The notes under the pieces are model-generated. The model had not been told where the DNA came from. It ran no database searches and was given only the letters and a program-made list of their open reading frames with translations. DNA of 64,000 nt from Selaginella moellendorffii (lineage: Eukaryota; Plantae; Lycopodiophyta), in assembly GCF_000143415.4 (NCBI RefSeq), contig NW_003314273.1:1064074-1128073 (forward strand), in the 5' to 3' direction. Below, piece by piece: positions 35,949 to 48,349 of this stretch (positions are counted from its first letter, which is position 1; each line of letters starts with the position of its first letter). A program made the position numbers and the translations under genes.

Positions 35949-36143
35949 GATGTGTATCCCCGAGTGTGATATAAAGGCCATGCGCCACGTGGCCGCTGGT
36001 GGTGCCCTAGCCAGGAGGGTTCATACATTCTCGTGGTTTTGAGATCCTATGGGGCACACGCCACCCCAGCTGTCTGGAAGTGGTGATGCCGGCATGATCC
36101 AGGGCCACGGCGTGCCATTGCCACTCTAGGAGCGGTGCCTACC

Positions 36144-38692
36144 ATGGTCTACAAGGAACAGCAGCACGACAGGAGTGGGGTATGTGAGGTCATCAAAGGA
36201 AAGGTCTACTTCGCAGCGCTGCAGAGGCCCGACGACCTCAAAGGCTCGTGGCTCCCTCGCCCCGCACTGTGTTTCAGCGTCGACAATGAACTGGTGGGCC
36301 TCTCAACTTGTCCAGCGAGTGAGCAGCGAGCTCACTTCCCGCTGTTGCCTACCCTGCAGATTTATGAGCCGTTCTTCCAGGACTTTGGGCCCCTCAACAT
36401 GGCATGCACCTACAGGTTCTGCTGGAAGCTTCACGGCTTGCTTCAGGTCACCTCGACGCAAACCACGCCCATCTGGAATGACTTACAGCTTGCTTGTGCT
36501 CTCAGGATGCCAGGGCACACGGGAGGTGTGTATGCTTCTGCACCAGCATTGAAACCAAGACCAAGTCCAACGCCGCAGTTTTGGTTCGTTCCGGTGCCCA
36601 CCTCACTTTGCAACCGGGCGGCTCAAGCAACCAGTTTGTGTGCAGCTTGGAGCGTATCTCGTGCTGTTTGAGTCGTGGGAGCCCGATGCGGCGTATTCGC
36701 CCCTGGCACTCTTTGAACCGTACTTCCCGTTTCGAGACCCCACATGTGGCATATCCACATACCACCTCACAGTTCTCGACTGCATTCAGGTATGCAAGCT
36801 TTTGCTTATGCTAGTTACGTCCGTAAGCCATCTTTGTGGGTGAATGGGGATCCTTCAGGCAGTTGCAAAAGGCAAAAAAGTTGGGTGGATTGACTTCAGC
36901 ACTTTCAACCTGGAAGAGTACGAGTATTTCGAACAAGTGCGTGCCCCTGCTTCTGGCTACCAACATTTTTAACACTCTGAGGGGATCCTGCGTGTCAGGT
37001 GGAGAATGGAGACCTCAACTGGATTGTCCCTAACAAACTGGTTGCCTTTAGTGGCCCTGCACCAAGGCGTTCCCAGGTTTACCCATCGCTCTTGTTTCCA
37101 GAATGTTGTCAAGTTGTACGCTGGCAGATGTATGGGTATAGAAGCCTTGTGCCCGAGGACTACATTGAGTACTTCAAGAGGGTACGCTGAGCCGGCAATA
37201 GCCCTCTCGTCCCTCACCCCGCATTTGTCTCACTGCTGACTGCCGCAGGTGGGCGTTGTTGCTGTTGTTAGACTAAACAAGCGGCTGTATGACAGGCGAC
37301 GCTTCACAGACCACGGCATTAATCACTACGACCTCTACTTCCCGGATGGCAGGTTGGCTGGATTGTGTTGAGCGTCTTTTCTTGTGACGTGTCTAAAGTT
37401 GTTGCTCCTGCCTGTGTTCAAAGTGGGCTTCTTCAGCTGTCCTCCTGAGCGGATTGTCCAAAGATTTATGGAGATTGTAGAGGAAACTGCCGGGGCCATA
37501 GCCGTCCACTGCAAGGTATGTTGACTGCCCCGCCCTTTTGATGCTCCGAGCCTACAGGCGTTTAATGGTTTTCTTGCTCGGCTGGCTGGATTCATCCAGG
37601 CAGGGCTGGGTAGAACTGGAGTCCTGATTGGGTGCTACATAATGAAGCACTTTAGATTCACGTGCAATGAGGTAGGCGCCTTCCAAAGGCTGTGGTGGCT
37701 GCCCCGCACCACTGTTCATTGTTCTGCAGGTGTTGGGCTACTTGCGATTAACGAGGCCAGGGAGTGTCATTGGGCCTCAGCAACATTTTCTCAGAGACAT
37801 GCAAGCTCGCATGTGGAAGGCTGTGAGTTGAAGTTTACATGTGGCCACGCGAGTCACTCTCTTGGTCTCCTTGTCCTTCAGGGTGATGGATTACGACGTC
37901 ACAGATCTGATGGGAGCAGCAGGAGCAAGACTAGCAGCGGGAGCTCTCCTCTTGTGACCCTCTGGAACAATGCCTCGGCATGGAGCCAAGGGAAAGGAAG
38001 CCTGTTTCCCACCAAAACATCGCCAACCAGTCCCGCGCTGAAGAGAGTAACGACCGAGAGCATTGTAAGCTCACGGCAGCTACCCGAGCGACTGAGAATT
38101 GTGTGTGCTCTTCTTGTAGGAAACGACTAGCTCGGGTGGGCGGCAACTGGTATGGGAACAGTCCAAGCACAGGGCGTCGACCGAGTCAACCAAGAGTAGC
38201 CGGAGGAGCAGCCACCAGCACGAGGTATATAGAGCACCGTCCACCCGACTCCAGGATGTATCCACTGGATCATACCGGTCGCCAAACAAGGCCAGGACAG
38301 GGAAGGGTAGCGGAGGCATTGAAACTGCAATCGGGGGCCTCTCAATGGCAGACCCTCTGAGTCAAATGAGGAAGGCTTGCGTCAACGAGGATAGTGACAA
38401 CGCGTGCGAGTCCGCGTCCACGGCCAGCAACGAGCCTCCCGTCATGATAGGCCTCGCTGACAGCGTGGGAGGCATACTCAGGAACGCGGCAAACTTCTCG
38501 GCGCGCAGCCAAACAGCTGCAGACCCGGTTTGCACACACCGCACCCTCAATGCTGCAGGCCAGCCCAGAAAGGTGGTGGTTCCGCTGGGACAACAGAGCA
38601 GCAGCACCAAGTCACGGGAATCGTCACCGCTGCGAAGGAAATCGCCACTGCGGCAGAGCAAGAGCGCATATGACCATCTGTCATACGGCTAG
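36144..38692 (+). CDS. CDC14: CDC14 dual-specificity protein phosphatase, ~13 exons
   Basis: [83 protein letters not shown]. Confidence 0.95.
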
Positions 38693-39054
38693 CGGCTAGC
38701 AGCTCCGAATGTAACACGCAAACAGAAGTGTGAATAAAAGCCTTCCCACGTCACACATGTACACGTCGGTCAAGAGACACCGGCCGCGCAGGCGCACCAA
38801 AATGCCAAGTTGGTGAGGAGCTGCGAGGGAGTGTGTGTCTCAGCGATTTGTCCATTCTGGAGTCAGCAGACGCCAGCAAGGGTCGCTGGAGGCCGCGAGA
38901 GGTAGCGGAGAGAGAAGAGAAGCAGCGTAGGGACGTGCCTCCAAGGCCCGAGTGGACGGACCCCCAGAGCATACCCGTCAATCGCATCAAACGCAGGCAG
39001 CACAGTACAAAAGCCAAGGCCACTGCCACCGCATTCGAAAGGGCCTGCAACTTC

Positions 39055-39624
39055 ATGCTGGACTGCACAATCGACTACAGGGAATCCATCTTCGTGGACC
39101 CCACCGAACTCCAAAAGGTTCGTGCCTATACACCAAAGACACTTCATTGCGTCCTGTGCTACAGACCGCTCGGCAAGGAAGAGAGCCACAGTACTCAATG
39201 GCGAGCACTTCTGTCGACGTCAAGGAGCTCCCTGCTTCCTACGTATTTGTGGCTGATGTTCCCGGGATCAAAAACAGCGAGGTCAAGGTTGGGTTGGCAT
39301 ACACTGCACTCTATTTTTGCGACTGAATCACATCTTGGCCTCTAGGTACAAATCGAGAACGACAGCATCCTTAAAATCAGCGGTGAGAGGAGGCGCGACG
39401 ACAACCCAACCTTCGATGTCAAATATGTAAGAGCGGAGCGCCCGGCAGGGAAGTTCATGAGAAAATTCAATCTTCCATCAAATGCCAACCTCGAAGGGGT
39501 GTCCGCCGCCTGCCAGGACGGGCAGCTGACCGTAGTGGTGCCCAAGATCCCACCGCCCGCCCCTTACAAGCCCAGGACTTTCGACATTCCCATCGGGACG
39601 CTAGTCTACACGAATCCCAAGTAG
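39055..39624 (+). CDS. Small heat-shock protein (HSP20, cytosolic class II-like); start uncertain
   Basis: MASTSVDVKELPASYVFVADVPG...VKVQIE..LKISGERRR...YVRAERPAGKFMRKFNLP.NAN....SA.CQDG.LTVVVPK alpha-crystallin domain. Confidence 0.9.
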
Positions 39625-39795
39625 CTCTAGACAAATCGATAAATGTTCCCGCCTATAGCTAAAGGCTGACATACAGCAGTCCATTGTAATCAGTAGAACT
39701 GGAACTGTATTTGCAAATGAATGTATTGGCGCATAGACGCCCAAAATGCTGATTCCTCTGAAAGTCTTCCGGATGGCTAGCCTCTGAGAGCCGCC

Positions 39796-40314
39796 CTCAA
39801 CGAGGGGGCAGGCGGACAGCATGAGATTGACATCCAGGGACGACAGGCTCACGCTTTTCAATGTCAGCGACTGCAGCAACGGGAACCTGTGGATGCCGAG
39901 GTCGACCTTGGGTATGGTTATATGGCCCAGAGCAAGAGCCTCGAGCCTGTCCCGCCCATGTTGACGCTCGGATCTGCGTAGATCATGAAAGTTAAGCTCT
40001 GCAGCGTCTCCTTGGTGAAGATTAGCCACGCGATAACCGGGGCCGCCGAGAACTCGTGATCGCCTCCAATGCACAGGGAGAGATGGCTGAGACAGGACGT
40101 CTGCAGGACCGTCTGAGTGATAAGAACCTCAATATCTGTGGTGCTGAGTGCCCCGTTGGAAAATGCATCCCAGTCCATACTTGAGAAGCGAAGCTTGTGG
40201 AGGTGGCACTGGGCTGCGTTGCGCCATTTGTTGCACACGGTCGACGCTACAACAACATCTCTAGCTGCCGCTACGTTGGACAAAATGTTTCCTATGACCT
40301 CCACCTGTTTCCAT
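39796..40314 (-). pseudogene. Frameshifted, truncated F-box/LRR gene (At1g67190-like)
   Basis: VEVIGNILS....RDVVVAS..C.KWR...LITQT..FSAAPVIAWL, then the family sequence GRDRLEAL...RFP.L.SL.L..VS.S.LD.NL.LSACP continues in another frame after ~39960. ATG is out of frame and similarity ends after SACPLVE. Confidence 0.75.
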
Positions 40315-40482
40315 CTTTTGTCTTACCCAAGCTTCGAACAGATGGGGCACATCTGCTTGCCACGCGGCAGAGGCACACGTGGACTTTTCCGGGTTAAAAA
40401 GGAACAAAACTACTTTACTCTCCGCGCGCGCAACAGAAAGTTTCAGGACAGACAAGACGAAAGAAAAAAAGCGGTGGATGCC

Positions 40483-41301
40483 ATGGGCCAATCCGAGGAC
40501 ACCGTCGTTGAGAGCGGGAGCCACATAGAGTATTCGCCTCCTCACCCCAGCATCCACAATGCACTGGCTCTACTCCAGCAGCAACAGCAGGCAAGCCCGG
40601 CCTGCTCACTGACCAGCGCTTGCTCCTCGCTGAGCAAGGCAGTCAACCACAAAGCGGAAGCAATCGCGGAGGCCTACCGGACTCGAGTCGAAGCCGAAGC
40701 ACAAGCTTATCTCGAAGCAGCCACACGCAAGGCGGAGGCTAAGTCACAGCGGCTTCAGGTGCATGCTCTGTTCTGCCAGTCCCAGGGGAGTTGCCCTGGA
40801 ACTAGCTTTTTTACGCGCTGTGATCTCAGGCTGAAGCGGAGCGGTCTCGAATGCACGACGAATCCAAGGCTATTGATTTGCGAAAGCGCGAAGAGCAAAG
40901 AGCAGAGCAACTGATCCATAATGCTGAAGTGGGTCAAAGCTTCGTTATAACACATTTTCCTGAAAGTGGTGCCAGGTCAAGGCTGATAGGCTGCTGGCCA
41001 GAGCCCGTGAAGAAGCTCATACGATAAAGGCTCTGGCCACTGAGGAGTCTGAGAAAGTTCTTGCAGATGCGCTGACGCGAACAGAGAGAGTAAGAATGTT
41101 TCCCTTCCATTCTGTCCGGGACAAGACCCGTGCTTTGTGTACATGCACCAGCTGAAAGCAGAGATTGAAGCGGCTAAGAAGAAGGAGATTGCTGAAATAA
41201 TCGATCACGTGCAACAAATGCTTGTAATTGGGGAGATTCCACGAAGTGAGCACAAGAGCGTAATGAGGAGGGTGAAAGAAAGTTTTTCTTGCTACATTTA
41301 G
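40483..41301 (+). CDS. Coiled-coil protein, remorin C-terminal-like, 4 exons
   Basis: Spliced Ala/Glu/Lys-rich helix ending EAAKKKEIAEIIDHVQQMLVIGEIP...SFSCYI*, resembling the remorin C-terminus with its Cys anchor. Confidence 0.55.
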
Positions 41302-41409
41302 AAAGAGGGACAAAATTACGTCGTTCCCGTAACCTATGCTTTTATTGTGATTTTATTCGTTTGAAGCAATTAAGCCTGTTCAGGTAGCATTAGAAATCCA
41401 CCGTAATGA

Positions 41410-42542
41410 TCAGTATTTGTAATTCTTCACGTAAAGGCTCTCTGATGCACTTGCACCACCTGCCCCTCCAACATACCTCCCGAGTGTGGCATCAGAGTTG
41501 GCCTTGCAACGCCCGAGAAGTACTTTCTGCGCATTTGGAATGTTCTCCTTCTTTCCGGACCAGGCCTTCAGAGTGCTCTGCTGCAATGCTCGTCCATACG
41601 AGAAACTAAGCGTCCACGGCTTCATGGTGTTGAACTTGTTCATGGCGTTGAGGTTGAGCGTTGCCTCCTCCTCGCTCTGGCCACCAGACAGGAACATGAT
41701 TCCTGGCACAGCAACAGGAACCGTCCTTTGAAGTGCAAGAATGGTGTAGCGCGCAATATCTTCATTGCTCGACTTTGGTCCGTCCGAGCCACCAGTAACC
41801 ATGTTTGGCTTGAGCAGCGTTCCCTCGAGAAGGACATGGTTGTTAATGAGGTGCTTGTAGCAGGCAATGAGGACTCTCTCGGTTACTTCCGCACACTTTT
41901 TTATGTCGTGTGAACCGTCAGATAGAATCTCGGGCTCAACTATGGGTACCAGTCCGTTCTCTTGACAGATGATGGAGTACCTTGCTAAACCATGTGCGTT
42001 TTCATCTATTGCCAGGTCAGTTGGTTCCTTCTCACCGATTTTCAGGACTGCTCTCCATTTGGCAAAGCGGGCACCGGCCTTGTAGTATGCTGCACATCTT
42101 TCTCCAAGTCCATCTAAACCCGTTGTAGCGGTTTCACCGTCGGTACCAGGGAGTTCAACAATTCCTTTGTCGACTTTGATTCCCGGGAGAACGCCACCTT
42201 CTTTCATTAGTTCAACAAACGGCTTCCCGGAGTTGGTCTTTTGATACAGGGCTTCTTCGTATAGGATCACGCCGCTCAGGTATTTCATCACGCCTGGTGC
42301 CGTAAAGAGAAGCTCTCTGTAATCCTTTCTGGTCTGCTCTACATTTTCCACATTTATGTTCTGGAAACGCTTTCCAATTGTCGAGGTACTTTCATCTGCT
42401 GCAAGAATTCCTTTCCCAGGGCTGGCAATGTACCTCGCGTTGATGATAAGCTCGTCTGCAGGGCAGGAAAAAAGTCAATGCAAAACAGCCGCAGGTGGAA
42501 TGAAAAGACATTACCAGCATATTTTCCCATATAGGCCGACAT
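41410..42542 (-). CDS. FBA: Cytosolic class I fructose-bisphosphate aldolase
   Basis: MSAYMGKYA|[73 protein letters not shown]-terminal YKY*. Confidence 0.97.
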
Positions 42543-42656
42543 CTTGACTTCTCTCTCATGCACGCGAGACCTGGGTAAGAATTTAAAACGCTAGACCAAC
42601 AGACACAATAGAGCGGTTATTAGGTTTCAGCATTCATTTTAATGACTAGACATGCT

Positions 42657-42680
42657 CACGTGGCAAGGCGGGTCCACGTG
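42657..42680. promoter_or_regulatory. Paired G-boxes (CACGTG) upstream of aldolase
   Basis: cacgtggc at 42657 and ccacgtg ending at 42680, just upstream of the gene. Confidence 0.45.
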
Positions 42681-45600
42681 CGAATGGATTTCTACCGCGG
42701 TGTTGTCGGCACCTGTGAAAACTATCACCTTTCGTTCTGTCCTTCATTAAGGTAAATGCTGACTGAGAGTTTTTAAAAGGTTAAATTCACCTTTTATGAC
42801 ACTTCTTTTATGAACTTGTTTTATTTGCAACTCAGTATCCTGATGGAAGCTGGTGCATGTACTTCTAGTACTTGTAGTCTTGCCTTGCTGCTAGTCTTGC
42901 AAGCCCTTGTGATCCAGGGCTGCTCACGTGAGATTCATTAAACTATTTCAAAGATCTGCCTTCCGACGTTGCATAAATTATGAAGGAAAGTGCCATGGAT
43001 ATGTGCTCCACAGCTTCGTGGTGGCGCACAATCAGTTAACACAATGACAGAAAGATGCTGTAGAACTCGATCTGCTTTGCAGCAAGTGATTGAAATCCTT
43101 TGTTGTTCGTCTGTGAGCTGCAGTTGCGACATAGAGCACGAGATGAATGCAATCGCTGGAGTCCCATGGCTGAACAACACCAAATATCTGCTCCCTACGT
43201 GAGAAAGTGAATGGCTATGAAGGAGGAAGCTTCCATCCGCTGCCAAATCATCCCGGTCCTATAATCCAAGAGCATTTGAGTAAACCCACTCACGCTTTGG
43301 TTCTTTTGCTAGTGGATTGGAATAGTTTTCTCACCTAGAGTTATTTGTCACTCATGCATGTTTAATCGCGATTTTCTTATGTCATCCATCCATGCCAGGT
43401 TGAGTGAGTGATCAGCCTTGAAACTATGGAGGAATGAAGGAAAACAACAATGACAGCATCAATGAAAAAGAAAGGAAAGGAATATGGGGTGGGGGAGGGG
43501 CAGGGGGATGCTTGCTTAGAGACGGGAAGGAGACCTTAGATGGATGCTATGGTGACTCTTTACTTTGGCTGGCCTTCAGGAAACTCTGAGAGGGATGTTA
43601 ACGAACGCCAAGAAACTGCAAATTCCACTGATGCTGGAGAGACTTATGGTAAGTTCGTGAAATCTATTATTTACACAGCCTCAAGTTAGATTAACAATGC
43701 CTAGAGCAATTTAGCACCAAGTGAAAGGAGGAGGGAGCCCTCCCAAATTTAACAAACAAATAAATACATATGTGAGGTCTAGATATATAGTTATGATGCC
43801 ATATATTATTATTTGCCTATCTTTATTCTTTTATGACTGTCTATGTTATGACTTTACAATTCTTGAAAAAATAAAAACCAAAACAAAGAAAAAGAGATGA
43901 GATTAGACAGCTAAGGTGCAGTGGAATGTGTACAGACAGTGATTGAACTGTGATATAGCTCAGGTACCCTTTCCAATTCCTATGACCTCCTGGCTTGAAC
44001 AGAAAAGATAATGGAAATTGCTGTATGAGCTTCTTATGAAAAGAAAAACTTCTACAGAGATACATCATACATGATACCATTCGCTACACGTTGACAGTGT
44101 TAAGTCCCATTGGATGAGTCTTTTCCTCCTCTGAAACATCAAGAACTTTCAGCAACCCTCTTTTGAGCTAACAAGCTAGAGATATCTAGAGAAGCACTCA
44201 TTACTTCATACCAGAGGCTATGAAGTTCAAAAAGTATCTTTTGAAAACCTTACTGTCTGCTCAAAGACCCTCGAATGGCTTTGGAACAAAAGTAATAATG
44301 CCGCTCCACCCTATGCCTAGCCTGCAGCCAGTGCCTCGTTTTTATTGTGCCTCGTCTTTACATCCTTCTTGCTTACAACAGACAAGCAAGAAATTTCTGG
44401 GCAAAATGCAGCTCCTTCCTGAGTCTTGAAATGTTTTAGTTGATGCCTTCATACTGGTTACGTCTTGTAAGAGAGCAGTTTGGCTCTCTTCTAACTGTGG
44501 CTCAGATCATTATCAGCACATGATAAATACCCTAACTCCCTAAACAGTTTCCAAACTACAGCATGGTATTCTCTATTGCTTGAGAGAATACTCGGTGTTA
44601 TTCGTTCGGTTTCCTCGTGTGCTTGATCCTTCTTGAATTTTGTCGTGTTTGAATCTATTGAAATTGCATATTTTCGATTCAAGCAAAAGGCATCGTGCTC
44701 CTTTTTTTGTAGCAAGTGATATACAAATCTTAATCCCAGGCTCTTCCTGGCAATGCCTTCTCATGAGCAGCCAATTCATTCATTCATTCATTAGCTGTTT
44801 CCAGGGTCTCTCCCAACAACGCATGAGAAGCATGCACCATCTAAAATCTACACGTCTAAGACAATATAGATCTAAACTTAATTCCTGGAAAACAAAAACC
44901 AGCAGGGTATGTTTTTGTTTTTCTATGCTCTTTTTTGGTTCATTCAGATTTAGTGAGTTTGGGACTCTCAGGAAAATACTCAAGGGTTAGCGCCCTTTTC
45001 TCACATGAGGCAGTGTTAATCTTGCCAGAGGTGGTGTTAGAATGTTTTAGGTGGTTATTTAGATAGGAATTGACATCCAAATACCTCTTTCTCCCTTGAA
45101 ATCTGTGCTATGTTGCAGTTGGAATTTGTACTAGGGTTTCATGAGGAAGACCTGCATTTTCACTTTATAGTTAGCCTCTTTTATAGGATTTCACTGCCCA
45201 TGAATTTGAAATATCATTTTAAATATCTGTGAAAACACAATGTTGATTCATGATGTGGCAAGTTGTACTGATGTGTTTGTATACTTGGTAGAAGAGACTA
45301 ACAGGACATTACACAGAGCACAAGTTCTAAGTTTGTTGATTGATCAAGAAGATATAAAGAGAACCAGCACAAGTGGTGGAAGATCCAAGAACCAATGGCC
45401 CCATGGATAGTCAATTTATATAGTTTGGGCCAATTTCACTATTTTTCTATCATGACTTTCCTCAGCTGAAGAGTGCATCCTTTTGGGATAAAAAAAAAGG
45501 TACAAAGAGAAACTTCATACCACTTTGACCCCTTGTTTGATAAGATGTGAAGTTCAAAGAAATAAAACTCATTCCCAAGCTTTAATGCTGTCTGATAGAT

Positions 45601-48349
45601 AAAGAAAAAGAAAAAGAAACCTTTAGTGCAAGAGAAAGATTTTGCTACCTTGAATAGGAATAAGAGATATTGACTAAAATAATGTGGCCACATTGATAGT
45701 TTGCTCTAAATCATAAGAAGATATGTAGATGTGTGTGATGTGAATTCGGAGGACATTTGATGTCCGATTGATCTTGGTGTTGACATTGTTGGTGAATTCT
45801 GTAGATCATGATCCAAAATCTATAGTAGCAGATAGTAGTCAAGATCAAGGTGGAGCCATAGAAGATCATGATGGAAAGCTACAGATATAGCATTAGATTT
45901 TGATCCAGAATTTTAATCCAAATCCTTCAAGTGATTGTTAGTCAAGATGTTCTAGTTTAGGACATTACTAGTAGCATCTAAAAAACCATCAGGCCATCCC
46001 CTTGCAATTGCCTATAGATCTTCTGACAAAAGTGTTCCCACTTTTTCAGGACAACTATATCCTTTTTAAAAGATGTTATCAATAAAGTTCCAACTTCACC
46101 ATGGGATGCCACCAGAGTAATAGGGTGAATTGGGGGGGGGCGAAGAGGAAGGTAAGGAGGAGATCAAGTAATTTCCATAGAGTCATGTGGTGTGTTGTAG
46201 ATATGAGTTTTTCCATATCCTCTTTTTATGCATTAAGATGAGCTAGAATGAAGTTACTCTTAATGATTTTTGTTGCAACCATTTATAAAAGACCAAGAAT
46301 AGAAAAGATTAAAAGAAATGTACCTCAAGAAGTTCTTTGGTTACATGCATGTTTTGGACAATCATTATCACTATTGACTAATTCCTCAAGACTTGGCAAC
46401 AAACCTTTATTATGGTTGAGCTTTTTGCATGTTCTAATTCTTTTGTCCTAGAGGAACTTGCTCCAGTTCCTCTTCCTCCCGTTATGGAGGAACTTGTTGC
46501 AAGTTATTCTCACTACCATCGTCACTCTTGTTGCTATTAACACTAATACCATAGACATTCTTATGCCTACCACTTTTGTTATTCAACACATCTTTGTTAT
46601 TGCCTTTAGTAGCCTCTTTTCTAGTGTATAGTCTTGGATCTCCAATTCCAAAAGCAAATTCACTTTATCATTGCTAGAAACTTCATTGTTGTCAAATATA
46701 TACCTCCATCCATTATGCCATGCCTCAAAAGTGGATTGCATACCAGTGCTTCAAGAGGAATGCCTTTATGTTAAAGATACTTGAAATGCAATATGAAGAA
46801 ATTGAGTAATGTTGAGAAATTATATATCACTTGAAAGCTACTTGTTGTATGAAGTAAAGTTGGTCAAATTGTTTATTTTGAATGGAGTTATGTTTGTGGC
46901 CTTGTTTAGCAACTAATCATCTCCAAGCTTTGTAAGTTTAGTAGTGATGAAGTCCTTCCATGAAAACTACTCAAGATCATCCCCAATGAAAAGTGTCAAA
47001 AACTTTTCTCTTTGCAAAATGTAGACAATCCTCCTCATCATATTTTCTATTGTGATGTCTAAGTCTTTTTCTCCTTCCCTAAACCTACTATTGAGATCCT
47101 TTAGAATGTCTATCTATTCCTTAGAATAGTCCTATTTAGACTATAAAATAACCTTTATGAGTAACCTTTAAGTAAGTATGCATAAGACTTACTTTCATGA
47201 CAGACAATCTTTTTTATAATATTAAACCACACCTTTAGCTATTGATGAGGGACTTTGGACTTCATTTTTCCAATGAAACACTTTAGATGGTTTTCTTCAT
47301 GATTCATGCTTTGTACTATGCTGGGTGCTCTCTAGGACTTATTGGTGCTTTTTACATGATCATCAGTCATTATGCACCCATAAATATGCACCCATAAAAA
47401 TCCTTGTTGTGCAATTCATAGGAGGGTTTTATAAAGTGGCAACATGAGTGAGAGTAGATCTTTTGGTGATTAGGATTTCAATAATTCTTTAGTCTCTTTT
47501 TGTGCCATTATAAGGTTATTACATTTGAAGCTTGTGGCTAGAAATGCACCATCTTTGCATTCCTTGTGCCTTGAGAGAAAGAAAGAGGAGAGGGATTTCC
47601 ATTTGCATCTAATTTTTTGTATTTTTCAAGAAAGTAAGAACATTGAAAAATGAGAAGAGAAAACTTATACTAGAATTACACTTTGTGTTGTGAGGGGCTC
47701 CTCCTCATATAATCCTTGGATCATAATCTATATTTATTAGTGTAGGAAAAGTAGCAAACTTAGATGACCATTGTTGAATGCATATATTATAGAAGGAAAT
47801 ATTTTTGAATGGTGGCATAAAGTTTTGCTAAGGTTGGAGTTATATAGCAAGTCATTTTATAATCTTTGGAAGGTAGTGAGAGTTATATAACAAATAATTT
47901 TATAAAGATGGTGGAACATAAAGTTTGTGATAGAGTAGGGTGGATGGATAATAGGACTAATATAAGATATAGAAAGAAAAGAGTAGTTGTGAAGGGATTT
48001 AGTTTGATTTTTCTTTAACTTTAACATCAAATATTAAGTCATAGAAAAAAGGTGGTAGTAGAATAGTAAAGTAGTATAGGGGGGTTGGAGCACAAGAAAT
48101 CAATTTTGCATTTAGAAACATTATTTTGAGTCTCAAGACTCAAACTTTTAAATTCAAAAACAGAAAGAACTGGTGATTGCCACTATATAAGACTAGATAA
48201 GGGGGTGAGTTAGCATTCAAACCCTATCTCTATTTCTTTTGTATTTCAGCCTTCCATCATCAATACATATCCACAAGATCTAGAGCACTTAAGTGATGCT
48301 AAACCTATCTTTGCTCACAATCTTGACAAAAGCCTTATTGGGGATCGAT

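Noticed and set aside
38802-39054. N-terminal extension of the sHSP
   Set aside because: The frame is open, but linking it to the ATG at 38802 needs a ~31-nt intron, shorter than others here. Left unresolved.
45450-48340. Possible DNA-transposon remnant, with a short tandem duplication (tatgcacccataaa x2 near 47370)
   Set aside because: No TIRs or transposase motifs recognised.
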